From IMG/VR virus record IMGVR_UViG_2541047865_000003: a DNA stretch of 35,749 nucleotides. The stretch is one strand, 5' to 3'. The position numbers and the translations under genes were made by a program. The notes under the pieces were generated by a model. That model was not told the origin of the DNA, made no database searches, and saw nothing but the letters and a program-made list of their open reading frames with translations. Below are positions 18,379-26,845 of the stretch, piece by piece (position 1 is the first letter of the stretch; each line of letters opens with the position of its first letter). This DNA is from a virus (lineage: Duplodnaviria > Heunggongvirae > Uroviricota > Caudoviricetes).

Positions 18379-18592
18379 TTTGCTGTCCCGCGTTACGTTG
18401 TCGGGGACAGTCTGTGGAAAAAGCGTCAGCAGCGCTTTTAATCTGCTTTAGAAAAAATCGGGGGTATCAGTACGGGGAATGTCACGCTGCGGGCGAATAG
18501 TGGTGCAAAGCGGGGGCTGTAAAGCCTTTATAAAGGTAATACAGCCCCTCAGCGGCTGGCAATGATAAATCACCCGCCTGCAGAGACAAAAC

Positions 18593-19051
18593 TCAGCGAC
18601 GGGCCGCTGCTTCAAGATGGCGGACAATCGTATCGAGGATAGGGACAACCACTTCAGGCTGCAGCTCACCGTCCCCCGTCAGCGGCAGGAACGGACGGGC
18701 AGGAAGTTCAACGGACTCATTACGCCCCGTTTTACCCCCAAACTGGTGAATCGGCCCATAAACGACATTAGTGCCAACCGCTGCCTGCCGGTCGTCATGG
18801 TCGGTTGATACCGACCCCATCAGACGCCCGGTATCCTGCAGCGTTTGCCCGTCGCGCTCCTGCGCTGCCAGCGAGGGAGTCCACCCCGGACGCCCCTCAT
18901 CGAGAAAGTTAAACTGCGTTTCCGCCAGCAGGGTTCCGGCGATTTTGCGCATCGCGGGTTCCAGGTCTGTGGCAGCAAGATCCAGCGCACGGAGGCTCCG
19001 GCGCAGGGATTCATCGTTAATGGTGACATTGACCAGGTTATCGGAAGCCAT
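18593..19051 (-). CDS. Virion morphogenesis protein (Mu G-like)
   Basis: Start at MASDNLVNVTIND… with a GAGG RBS, 2 nt after the F stop. The upstream extension in the track overlaps F and is not used. Confidence 0.65.
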   Translation of the reverse strand: MASDNLVNVTINDESLRRSLRALDLAATDLEPAMRKIAGTLLAETQFNFLDEGRPGWTPSLAAQERDGQTLQDTGRLMGSVSTDHDDRQAAVGTNVVYGPIHQFGGKTGRNESVELPARPFLPLTGDGELQPEVVVPILDTIVRHLEAAARR

Positions 19052-19053
19052 CG

Positions 19054-19875
19054 TTATCCTCTCAGTTCCTGCTGTGCCAGCGGTTGAAGCGTCCCCTGAT
19101 AGCGGGCAAGGTCGGGACGGTATGCTGCCCCCGGCGCATAAGACCAGCCGACGTCGGTAGCCACCTTCGTGGTGCCGGTATTGAAGGTGGCGACGTTCTG
19201 CATCTCGCCGGTTTTCTCTGAGACCAGCTTCAGCTCCCATCCCAGAGCTGCGCCAGAACCTGACACCTTCAGGCCACGGGCACGCACATCCGCCGCGCTC
19301 AGGGCAATCACGCCACAACGGCAGCGCCAGCCGTTCGGCGGATAGAACGCCTGCCAGAACGGGTCATCATAGCGCAGCACCAGACCATGCAGCGCCAGAT
19401 GGCTCTTGCGGGTATGGCTGTCGTTGATGCCGGTATACATCCAGTACGGCCTGTCGTCGACGTTCTCCATCTGCTCAGCCCAGCGACCGGCGCTGTAGAG
19501 TACGGACATATTTGTGCGAAAGATGGTGTCGAGACGCCATGGGCTGCCCTGCTGGATGGTGACCGGCTCGCCCGTTACCGGGTCGGTGGTGTCACGTGAC
19601 CCCCACCATCCCTTGCGCTGCAGCTCCGGCTCCAGCTCCTGCCGGAACCAGCGGCCTGTTTTTCCTTCATCGACAGCCTGCTGCAGTGCCCCGCGAATAT
19701 CTTCCAGGATATCAAGGCGGGTCACTTTGGCGACGGTAAAGGCGCGGGCATGGGCATCCTGCCACATCTCCTCCCAGTCCCACGTGAAGCTATACCCTTT
19801 GGACTTCAGGTAACTGATAGCCCGTTTGGGGGGCAACGTCATGCAGTACGCCAGTTCAGCCGTTGTCACGCTCAT
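19054..19875 (-). CDS. Head morphogenesis protein (Mu F-like)
   Basis: ~273 aa after the portal gene. Start chosen at MSVTTAEL… with a GGGGG RBS; exact start uncertain. Confidence 0.7.
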   Translation of the reverse strand: MSVTTAELAYCMTLPPKRAISYLKSKGYSFTWDWEEMWQDAHARAFTVAKVTRLDILEDIRGALQQAVDEGKTGRWFRQELEPELQRKGWWGSRDTTDPVTGEPVTIQQGSPWRLDTIFRTNMSVLYSAGRWAEQMENVDDRPYWMYTGINDSHTRKSHLALHGLVLRYDDPFWQAFYPPNGWRCRCGVIALSAADVRARGLKVSGSGAALGWELKLVSEKTGEMQNVATFNTGTTKVATDVGWSYAPGAAYRPDLARYQGTLQPLAQQELRG

Positions 19876-21352
19876 GCAGACGCCCCCAGACAGTTGCAAC
19901 AAACATAATCCGTGCCAGCCGTTCCTGCAGGTCTTCAGCGTTCATCTGCGGGTACAGCTCGGCCAGTTCGCCCAGCAGCTCAGACGGATTGACGCCATCT
20001 TCAACCCGCTTAAACAAAGGAGCCAGTACGGGTTCCAGCGTGCCATTTAACGCGCCTCCGTTCATCAGAATATCCAGCGCGTCGTCCAGGGCCTGCTGTG
20101 CCTGAATATCGGCATCAATAGCTTCGGCAAATGACAGCGGCAGCATGTTCTTCTGGCGTTCTGACGGTGGTGTCTCGTCAATATCACCGTCCTGCAGCTG
20201 GTACTCACGCTTGAAGTATTGCGGGGTGAAGACCACACCGGCGCGGCTGAGTTTCTCGTCGCGGGTTGCCTGGGTATCGTCGACCGTTCCCTGTTCCCAC
20301 ATCTTCCAGACGGGGCTGGCCACGTCGCCAAAGTTCATTGATACCGCCATCCTGATGGCCTGATTCACCGCGCTTTCCACGATATCAGCGTCAGCGTCAC
20401 GGATATCATCAGTAACCTCCAGTCCGGCCTGCGCGGAGGCGCGGTTACTGTTGGCCTCGGTGGTCTGGTTCTGCCCCAGCAGGGCGATGGAGATTTCACT
20501 GCGGGCAAGCGTTATCAGGTTCTGATAAATATCGCTGCTGTCGGCCTTGCCTGCGGCCTCCTTAATTTCAATGGAGGAATCGTCGGGGATAGCGGCCACC
20601 GCGTCTTCCACCATTGCCTCCATGGAATCCAGCAGCAGGTCAATCTCACCCTGAGCGGTACCGCGCGGATGCTTGCCGATAACCCACGGTGAGCCATATT
20701 TCTCGGCAAAGCGCACCCAGAACTTCATGCCGCCTTTTTTGAAGGTCACGGGCCAGAAGCACATCGACAGGTCAGGGAAGCCATACGGGTTATCGTAGGT
20801 CGCGTCCTGACGCGGTACCACAAACTTGTTCAGCGGTACCGGCTCGCCTTCCAGCCCGGCGTCCTTGGCGCGAAAGCGCAGCAGGTTGTCGTTGTCGAAC
20901 TGGAACCACTCAGGGGGTTTACCTACGATATCGGCAATGGCCCAGGATTTAACAGAGCGTCCCCACATGATCTCACAGGGCTGATACCCGTAGAGAACGG
21001 CGTCGGTCATCTCGCCGATGATGCGGGACAGATCCAGATCGTCGAGCATATCCCGGATGAAGCTGAATACCCGCGCCGGGGCATGACCACGTTCAAGACC
21101 GCGCTCCAGCGATTTGACCGCCGCCTTACGCCTGCGGATGCAGCCACCGACCAGCGGGTCGGTACGCAGCTCGCGATAGATGCGGATATCCCGGCCCTGA
21201 GATTTCAGAATGGGGTCAGGGTTAGGCAGGTACATCCCCAGCCCGAAGAAGTCGATGGAACGGCTGCGCGAGGCGATCTGCTCCGTCAGTGTTTTATTAG
21301 GTTCGGCAAATTTGACGAACTCACTGGGTGAAACCCAGAGTCCACGGGCCAT
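19856..21352 (-). CDS. Portal protein (Mu gp29-like)
   Basis: 498 aa directly after the terminase with overlapping stop/start. Confidence 0.8.
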   Translation of the reverse strand: MARGLWVSPSEFVKFAEPNKTLTEQIASRSRSIDFFGLGMYLPNPDPILKSQGRDIRIYRELRTDPLVGGCIRRRKAAVKSLERGLERGHAPARVFSFIRDMLDDLDLSRIIGEMTDAVLYGYQPCEIMWGRSVKSWAIADIVGKPPEWFQFDNDNLLRFRAKDAGLEGEPVPLNKFVVPRQDATYDNPYGFPDLSMCFWPVTFKKGGMKFWVRFAEKYGSPWVIGKHPRGTAQGEIDLLLDSMEAMVEDAVAAIPDDSSIEIKEAAGKADSSDIYQNLITLARSEISIALLGQNQTTEANSNRASAQAGLEVTDDIRDADADIVESAVNQAIRMAVSMNFGDVASPVWKMWEQGTVDDTQATRDEKLSRAGVVFTPQYFKREYQLQDGDIDETPPSERQKNMLPLSFAEAIDADIQAQQALDDALDILMNGGALNGTLEPVLAPLFKRVEDGVNPSELLGELAELYPQMNAEDLQERLARIMFVATVWGRLHERDNG

Positions 21353-22875
21353 CAGTAATCCTCCAGCATACGGGCCGCCTGACGACGACGGCGTGAGCTT
21401 GCCTTCACCGGCCCTTTGTTAATTTCACGACTGGCGAAGTACGCCAGCGCCAGTGCGATGGCTGAATCCCCGTGACGCTTGCCACTGTCAGACTTCGCTT
21501 TTGAGCGCTGTTCCGGCACGCGGGGAACGCCGTTTACCACCTGAACGGCCCGCAGGTCATCCAGCGTATCTTCATCCTTCGGTAAATCCACCAGGTTGCC
21601 ATCTTCCAGCGCAGCCTTGACCGGCGGCATATGCTCGCGATACCAGTTTTCAGTTGGCATCACCTGCTTAACCCGGCTGGAGCCGTAGCGCTGCATGGCG
21701 TATTCGGCGAGGTAAGAGCCGTTACCACGGGCATCAAACGCTGCACCCAGCAGACCGGGCAGGCCATCCATCAGGTACCAGGCGATTTGCTCCTGCTGTT
21801 TGAACGGCACGTTGCGCAGCTCCAGCACGAACGGCACGCGGCGAACCAGGTTCTTCTCCTGCAGCAGGGGATAGTCCACCGACAGGTCACCGCTGCGGCC
21901 AAAGTCGCGACCCAGGAAAGAACGTGCGTCAGCGGGGAGCGCCTCCAGCAACGGTTTCAGATGTGTATCAAGCCACTCCTGCGTCTCGCTCCAGCGGACA
22001 TCATCGGGCTTCAGCTCGTAACCCTCCGGGCAGGTCAGACGCAACACCGGCGTGCCAGCCGACATACGGGACTCAATCAGGGCGCGGGACAGCCAGGCTC
22101 CGCCACCGTTGGCCGGAACACAGTCAAGCTCCTCCGATGCACCGGCACCGTAGAATTTGTACACCGATGCCATCCACGCCTGCTCGGATGCTTCCGACCA
22201 TTCTTTCCCGGTACGCAGGCAGACGCGGTGGAACAGCCCTTGGGACACAGCCTCCTGAAAAGTAATGCGATGTACGCTGCCCCCCTGACGCCCGGCCCGG
22301 ATATCACCGATAAGCGTATTGAACGGGTTATCGTCACCGTCATGGGTGGAGATAACGCGCACTTTACCGCCCCAGATAAGCATCGCCAGCGCCGCCTTCA
22401 GCAGTTCGTCCAGTTGCTCATGGAACGCCGCTTCGTCGATAACGATGATGCCCTGACGGCCACGCAGGTTAGACGGACGGCTGGAGAGCGCGACAACGCG
22501 GAAGCCGGAGTCAGGGAATTTGATGGTGTAGGTCTTGATATGCTTGTCGTCTTCGTCCTCTTCCCAGAAACCCTCTTCGATTTCACTGGCGGCATAGTTG
22601 AATGCCCGCGCCCACATCGCACACGCCTGGATATATTCGACGGTCATGTCCTGGTTATAGGCGATGTAATACACGTTCATCCCACCCGCAGGGGCTGAAG
22701 AGGCTGCGGTCAGCACGTCATCGGACGCCTCAGCCCAGGTGATACCGGTTCGGCGGCTCTTCTCAATCACCTTGAGCGGAGACGTGTCAGCCACCCAGCG
22801 CTGCTGGTAGGGCATCAGAACGGCGGGGATATCCAGCGCCGAGGTGTCAGGCAAAACAGGAGCAAGCTGGCTCAT
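21352..22875 (-). CDS. Terminase large subunit (Mu gp28-like)
   Basis: 507 aa with an N-terminal ATPase region (…KSRRTGITWAEASD…) and acidic nuclease-like motifs. Confidence 0.8.
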   Translation of the reverse strand: MSQLAPVLPDTSALDIPAVLMPYQQRWVADTSPLKVIEKSRRTGITWAEASDDVLTAASSAPAGGMNVYYIAYNQDMTVEYIQACAMWARAFNYAASEIEEGFWEEDEDDKHIKTYTIKFPDSGFRVVALSSRPSNLRGRQGIIVIDEAAFHEQLDELLKAALAMLIWGGKVRVISTHDGDDNPFNTLIGDIRAGRQGGSVHRITFQEAVSQGLFHRVCLRTGKEWSEASEQAWMASVYKFYGAGASEELDCVPANGGGAWLSRALIESRMSAGTPVLRLTCPEGYELKPDDVRWSETQEWLDTHLKPLLEALPADARSFLGRDFGRSGDLSVDYPLLQEKNLVRRVPFVLELRNVPFKQQEQIAWYLMDGLPGLLGAAFDARGNGSYLAEYAMQRYGSSRVKQVMPTENWYREHMPPVKAALEDGNLVDLPKDEDTLDDLRAVQVVNGVPRVPEQRSKAKSDSGKRHGDSAIALALAYFASREINKGPVKASSRRRRQAARMLEDY

Positions 22876-23420
22876 GAGGCAATCCCCAGAATTTCACGAC
22901 GCAGCGCCTGTACCGCATCGGTTGACAGTCCACCCTTACGGGCAATTTTCTCGGCGTTGCTGGCCGCCTGCTGCGCTCTGGCCCGGACTTCAGACTGGAA
23001 CTTCTTGAGGTTGACGGAAGCGCGGGACAGCGTGGCCACGTTCTTTGCCACCTTCGACAACAGCGCCACGCGCTCTTTGGGGTCGACTTCGCCTTCTTCC
23101 GCTTCCTGCAGCTGGACGATGCTCTCGAACAGCTCGGTCTGAATCAGGGCGATCACCGCCTCCGAACGTGCATCCTGATCGTCAGCCGCACCTTCGGTCA
23201 GCATCCGGGCCGCTTCAGTGGCTGCACGGATAGCGCCATAGCGGCGCTCAATCTTCTGGCCATAGCGATGGATAGCCGATTTGCTGATGACATAACCCTG
23301 CTCACGCAGCAGGGACTCCAGCTCGTTATACCCGCTGAAGCCGGATTCAGTCAGCGCCCGCTCAAGCCAGCGACGCACGTCTTCCGGCAGCTTTTCTATC
23401 GTGCTGCGTCTGGCCATCAT
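22872..23420 (-). CDS. Mu gp27-like protein (putative small terminase / DNA-binding)
   Basis: 182 aa helical protein immediately upstream of the large terminase with ATGA overlap. Confidence 0.55.
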   Translation of the reverse strand: MMARRSTIEKLPEDVRRWLERALTESGFSGYNELESLLREQGYVISKSAIHRYGQKIERRYGAIRAATEAARMLTEGAADDQDARSEAVIALIQTELFESIVQLQEAEEGEVDPKERVALLSKVAKNVATLSRASVNLKKFQSEVRARAQQAASNAEKIARKGGLSTDAVQALRREILGIAS

Positions 23421-23728
23421 TCACTCCAGTACTTTTCCGGGCGGGCGATACCGGGGCCGCATTCCACGGTATATTCCACCAGGTCAACGCCGAGGCGGGT
23501 CAGGTCGGCAAACCAGTCGCCGGAGGGTTTTTTCTCCAGATCAACCATCTTGCGGTCGGACAGATAATCCAGCTCACGGCGCAGCTCCAGCGGAGTGGTG
23601 TCCGGGTAGATGGCGCGGGACACGTCCAGCAGCAGCGTCTCGCTGGCGGTGTACGGGCGGGTTTTGTTCAGAGCAACCAGCAGACTCCAGCGCAGGGATT
23701 CCCGGCGCACGCGGGCGATATCAACCAT
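23417..23728 (-). CDS. Hypothetical protein (~103 aa)
   Basis: Start at MVDIARVRRE… preceded by a GGAGG RBS; the track ORF start lies upstream and overlaps the preceding gene. Confidence 0.4.
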   Translation of the reverse strand: MVDIARVRRESLRWSLLVALNKTRPYTASETLLLDVSRAIYPDTTPLELRRELDYLSDRKMVDLEKKPSGDWFADLTRLGVDLVEYTVECGPGIARPEKYWSE

Positions 23729-24053
23729 GGTGACCTCCTGTATGACGATACTGCTGTACCACTTCCAGTTTGTTGTAGAGTGCGTCCAGCTTGGCCTCGA
23801 TGACCGTCTGCCCACGGATGTAATCCTCGCGGCGGACGTAGTTCAGCGGTAAATCCGCCTTAAACCGCATAAATTCTTTTTCCAGCTCGCCCCAGTTGGA
23901 AGCGGACTGTTGCAGCGACTGCTCAAGAGAGGCGAACCGCGCCGCCTGACGCTCCTCCGCTTTACTGAACAGCCACTTGGCCATACCGCCGACAAAGCTC
24001 ATGAAGGTGATGAGAAAGCCCACCACCGTCCAGAATTCAACCTGCAACGTCAT
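23721..24053 (-). CDS. Small membrane protein (1 TM, ~110 aa)
   Basis: Start MTLQVEFWTVVGFLITFMSFVGG… in ATGA overlap with the Rz-like stop. Confidence 0.45.
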   Translation of the reverse strand: MTLQVEFWTVVGFLITFMSFVGGMAKWLFSKAEERQAARFASLEQSLQQSASNWGELEKEFMRFKADLPLNYVRREDYIRGQTVIEAKLDALYNKLEVVQQYRHTGGHHG

Positions 24054-24703
24054 TTCTGTAATCCTTCCCGTTCGTCCAGCAGCCCGTTTATCTGGCTGCG
24101 CCAGATGCGGCACTGCTTCGCGTTGTCGATGATGTTGGCGAGGACATCACGCTGGGAGACGCCTGAGTTGCGTAGCCAGGCGTCAGCGGCTTCAGGTTGC
24201 CCGGACGCTGCGCCAGTGCCGGTGCCAGCGGCGGCAGTTGCGTCTGAATGACCGGTGTCGACGGATGCGTTGTCATATCCGAGCGCGGCGTTGTACTGGC
24301 GCACGAAACCGCGAGTAAACACGCACTCAATGGGATGGCTCTTACCTTTTTCATCAATCCAGCGCTGTGTGACATCGTTAATTTGCCCCTGTAGTTGTTT
24401 GTTCTGGCTCTCCAGTTGAGCAATCTGCTCAAGGTAACTGGCTTCAGCCTGCTGCCCGGCGGCTACCTGTTCCTGATACCGTTTCGCCCAGGCCCGCAAC
24501 GCAGCGTTCTCAAGCGTTGCCTGCTCCGTTTTGTACGTGTCGAATGCTGACTGCAACTCACTGACCGCCTTATCGCCGTCGCGCGTGGCGTTTTCATGCC
24601 CGCTTTTGTAGCCCAGGTAATAAAGCCCAATCAGAAAAGCATTTATGACCACCGCCAGCAGCAGACTGCGCCACGGCAGATTTTTTAGCAGGTTAGTCCA
24701 CAC
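24050..24703 (-). CDS. i-spanin (Rz-like)
   Basis: N-terminal TM (WRSLLLAVVINAFLIGLYYLGY), coiled-coil middle region, contains the nested Rz1 frame. Putative GTG start with a GGGGAGG RBS; start uncertain. Confidence 0.6.
   Translation of the reverse strand: MWTNLLKNLPWRSLLLAVVINAFLIGLYYLGYKSGHENATRDGDKAVSELQSAFDTYKTEQATLENAALRAWAKRYQEQVAAGQQAEASYLEQIAQLESQNKQLQGQINDVTQRWIDEKGKSHPIECVFTRGFVRQYNAALGYDNASVDTGHSDATAAAGTGTGAASGQPEAADAWLRNSGVSQRDVLANIIDNAKQCRIWRSQINGLLDEREGLQK
24088..24354 (-). CDS. o-spanin (Rz1-like lipoprotein) nested in the +1 frame of the i-spanin gene
   Basis: MKKVRAIPLSACLLAVSC… signal peptide with lipobox, then a Pro-rich short mature region; entirely inside the Rz-like gene. 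Confidence 0.6.
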   Translation of the reverse strand: MKKVRAIPLSACLLAVSCASTTPRSDMTTHPSTPVIQTQLPPLAPALAQRPGNLKPLTPGYATQASPSVMSSPTSSTTRSSAASGAAR

Positions 24704-25430
24704 AGCTGCCGCCTCCCCAGGTGAGATAACGCGGGGCCAGTTCGTGCAGGATGCGCTGCGGATAATGACGGTTCTCCCGCCAGTTGGCAGTGCTGCGTCC
24801 GGCATTCACCGTGGCGACATGACCAAACCAGCGGGTGCTGTCCAGCCCCTGCTGCGAGGCCAGCCGTTTGTCCCGCTGTACCCAGCCCAGACCACCGTTA
24901 TAGCCTGACAGCGTCATGGCCATACGCTCGCAGTCATTGACGGCGCTGACGCGTTGCCACAGCCAGCGGTCATAGCTGACCAGCGCCCGGATGGCCCAAG
25001 ACGGATTAAACGGTTCACGGCTGTTAAGCCCCGGCATCAGCTGACTTATCCAGTCAGCGGTGGTGGGCATAAACTGCGCCAGTCCCTGAGCGCCAACCGG
25101 CGAGACCGCATCAGGTCGCCAGCCGCTTTCCTGATGCAGCTGCGCGGCGAAGTCGGCCACCGGCGCAGACATTCCCCATTCAAGCCGGGCATTACGGATC
25201 ACATCGTCGCGATACTGCAGCGCGGTCTGCGGTGGCTGGGCAGCGCGGGCCTGACTGAAGAAGCCGCCACACCAGAGCAGCCAGGCTACCGTTACTGAAC
25301 CAAAGAGCTGCCACCAGAAACTGTGCTTACCCGTTCGGGCCTGCCCGTGGCGGGCCAGTTCGATGCCCAGCCCCAGCAGTACCAGCACGGCCCAGACAAC
25401 CTGAGGCCAGTACATATAGAGGGTCATCAT
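24693..25430 (-). CDS. Lytic transglycosylase (SLT domain) endolysin with N-terminal membrane anchor
   Basis: SLT catalytic motif (…LHQESGWRPDAVSPVGAQGLAQFMP…); hydrophobic N-terminal segments; sits between the holin-like gene and the spanins. Confidence 0.8.
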   Translation of the reverse strand: MMTLYMYWPQVVWAVLVLLGLGIELARHGQARTGKHSFWWQLFGSVTVAWLLWCGGFFSQARAAQPPQTALQYRDDVIRNARLEWGMSAPVADFAAQLHQESGWRPDAVSPVGAQGLAQFMPTTADWISQLMPGLNSREPFNPSWAIRALVSYDRWLWQRVSAVNDCERMAMTLSGYNGGLGWVQRDKRLASQQGLDSTRWFGHVATVNAGRSTANWRENRHYPQRILHELAPRYLTWGGGSCVD

Positions 25431-25780
25431 TAAAGCCCCATCGCTACGGCCAGACAGACTGCAGCAACAATCAGCGCACGGCGGATTAGCGCAGCAGAAA
25501 AGACCAGGTGAAGGCCAGTCTGGACAGGGAAGCGACCATCAGCCATCAGCCTGTCATCATGCTTCAGGTACTGACCGGGACGGGCTTTGGGGAAAAGCGA
25601 ACGGTCAAGCCAGTAGCCCAATACTGCCGCCAGCGTGATGAGTGATAGCTTGTAGACAACCACCGGCAGCTGCTGGGGCGATACCAGACCGATGGTGCCG
25701 AGCAGCAGCACAGCGGTCAGCAGCCAGCCGCTGAGACGTGGCTTTTTAACAGGGGGAATGAATTTTTTCAGGTTTTTCAT
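25430..25780 (-). CDS. Putative holin (three hydrophobic helices)
   Basis: Start at MKNLKKF… preceded by an AAGGAG RBS; three predicted TM segments; first gene of the late arm with ATGA overlap to the endolysin. Confidence 0.5.
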   Translation of the reverse strand: MKNLKKFIPPVKKPRLSGWLLTAVLLLGTIGLVSPQQLPVVVYKLSLITLAAVLGYWLDRSLFPKARPGQYLKHDDRLMADGRFPVQTGLHLVFSAALIRRALIVAAVCLAVAMGL

Positions 25781-26027
25781 GAGCGTCTCCTTGTGTAGTG
25801 GAGACAGCATCACAAATGGTCGGGGAAAGGGATTTTAAACAGCGTTAATAGTGAGGATGCAGACGTGAACCGCATGATGGCTTTGAAAGAACGACCAGCC
25901 CGGTGCGGTAACACCAGGCTGGTCATCAACCCACAGGTATGCACTGTGAGCCGACCAGGGTTCAGTCAGTCTCGCGAGACCAGACTAGCCTGCCATATTT
26001 TCATTGATTGCAAAAGGCTTACGGATA

Positions 26028-26798
26028 ATGAAAGAACAATCTTTACCCATCGTCCCATGGATTGGCGGTAAACGTCGTCTGGCGAAGCATATTTTACCAT
26101 TGTTTCCGGCCCATACCTGCTATGTGGAGCCGTTCTGCGGGGCAGCTGCGCTCTATTTCCTAAAGACTCCCAGCAAGACCGAAGTCATTAACGATATCAA
26201 CGGGGAACTGGTGAACCTCTATCGGGTGGTCAAGCATCATCTGGAAGAATTTATTCGCCAGTTCAAATGGGCGCTGGTCAGCCGTCAGATTTACAAATGG
26301 TTGCAGGATACGCCGGAAGAAACGCTCACCGACATTCAGCGGGCGGCCCGGTTCTACTACCTGCAGAAACAGGCATTTGGCGGCAAGGTCGCCGATCACA
26401 CATTCGGTACCTCTACAACCAGTGCGCCGCGCTTCAATTTGCTGCGTATTGAGGAAGAACTGTCGATGGCACACCTGCGCCTGTCGAGAACGCTGATAGA
26501 GCATCTGGACTGGCACCAGTGCATAGAGCGATATGATCGCCCGCATACGCTGTTCTACTGTGACCCACCGTACTGGGGAACGGAAGGCTATGGTGTGGAG
26601 TTCGGGCTGGAAAACTATGATCACATGGCAGATTTAGCGCGAAGGATCAAAGGGAAGATGATTATATCAGTGAACGATATCCCGGAAATGCGGCAGGTAT
26701 TCAACGGTCTGAACATGCAGTCGGTTGATATCAGCTACAACCTTAAGGTAACAGGCAAACCCAGCCCGAAGAAAGAGCTGGTAATTTGTAATTTTTGA
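26028..26798 (+). CDS. DNA adenine methyltransferase (Dam-like, N6-adenine)
   Basis: SAM-binding motif (FCGAAALYF) and catalytic DPPY motif. Start chosen at MKEQSLPIVPWIGGK…; the track ORF begins 24 nt upstream. Confidence 0.75.
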   Translation: MKEQSLPIVPWIGGKRRLAKHILPLFPAHTCYVEPFCGAAALYFLKTPSKTEVINDINGELVNLYRVVKHHLEEFIRQFKWALVSRQIYKWLQDTPEETLTDIQRAARFYYLQKQAFGGKVADHTFGTSTTSAPRFNLLRIEEELSMAHLRLSRTLIEHLDWHQCIERYDRPHTLFYCDPPYWGTEGYGVEFGLENYDHMADLARRIKGKMIISVNDIPEMRQVFNGLNMQSVDISYNLKVTGKPSPKKELVICNF

Positions 26799-26812
26799 AA
26801 GAGGTAGTTAAA

Positions 26813-26838
26813 GGTGGTGGTGCATCTGCAGCACCACC
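26813..26838. terminator. Hairpin between convergent Dam-like and lipoprotein genes (candidate bidirectional terminator)
   Basis: GGTGGTGGTGC-ATCT-GCAGCACCACC, 11-bp stem with one mismatch, between the two stops (26798 and 26846); flanking T-rich sequence on both sides but no clean U-tract. Confidence 0.45.
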
Positions 26839-26845
26839 TAAACAT

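Noticed and set aside
24690-24725. Apparent 1-nt disagreement between my manual base counting and the ORF-track coordinates at the endolysin/Rz junction
   Set aside because: Treated as my own indexing error; ORF-track coordinates were used for all CDS ends, and manually derived site coordinates are flagged as approximate.
25865-26071. 68-aa ORF upstream of the Dam-like gene
   Set aside because: No RBS, overlaps the Dam-like start region, and lies in the probable late-promoter leader.
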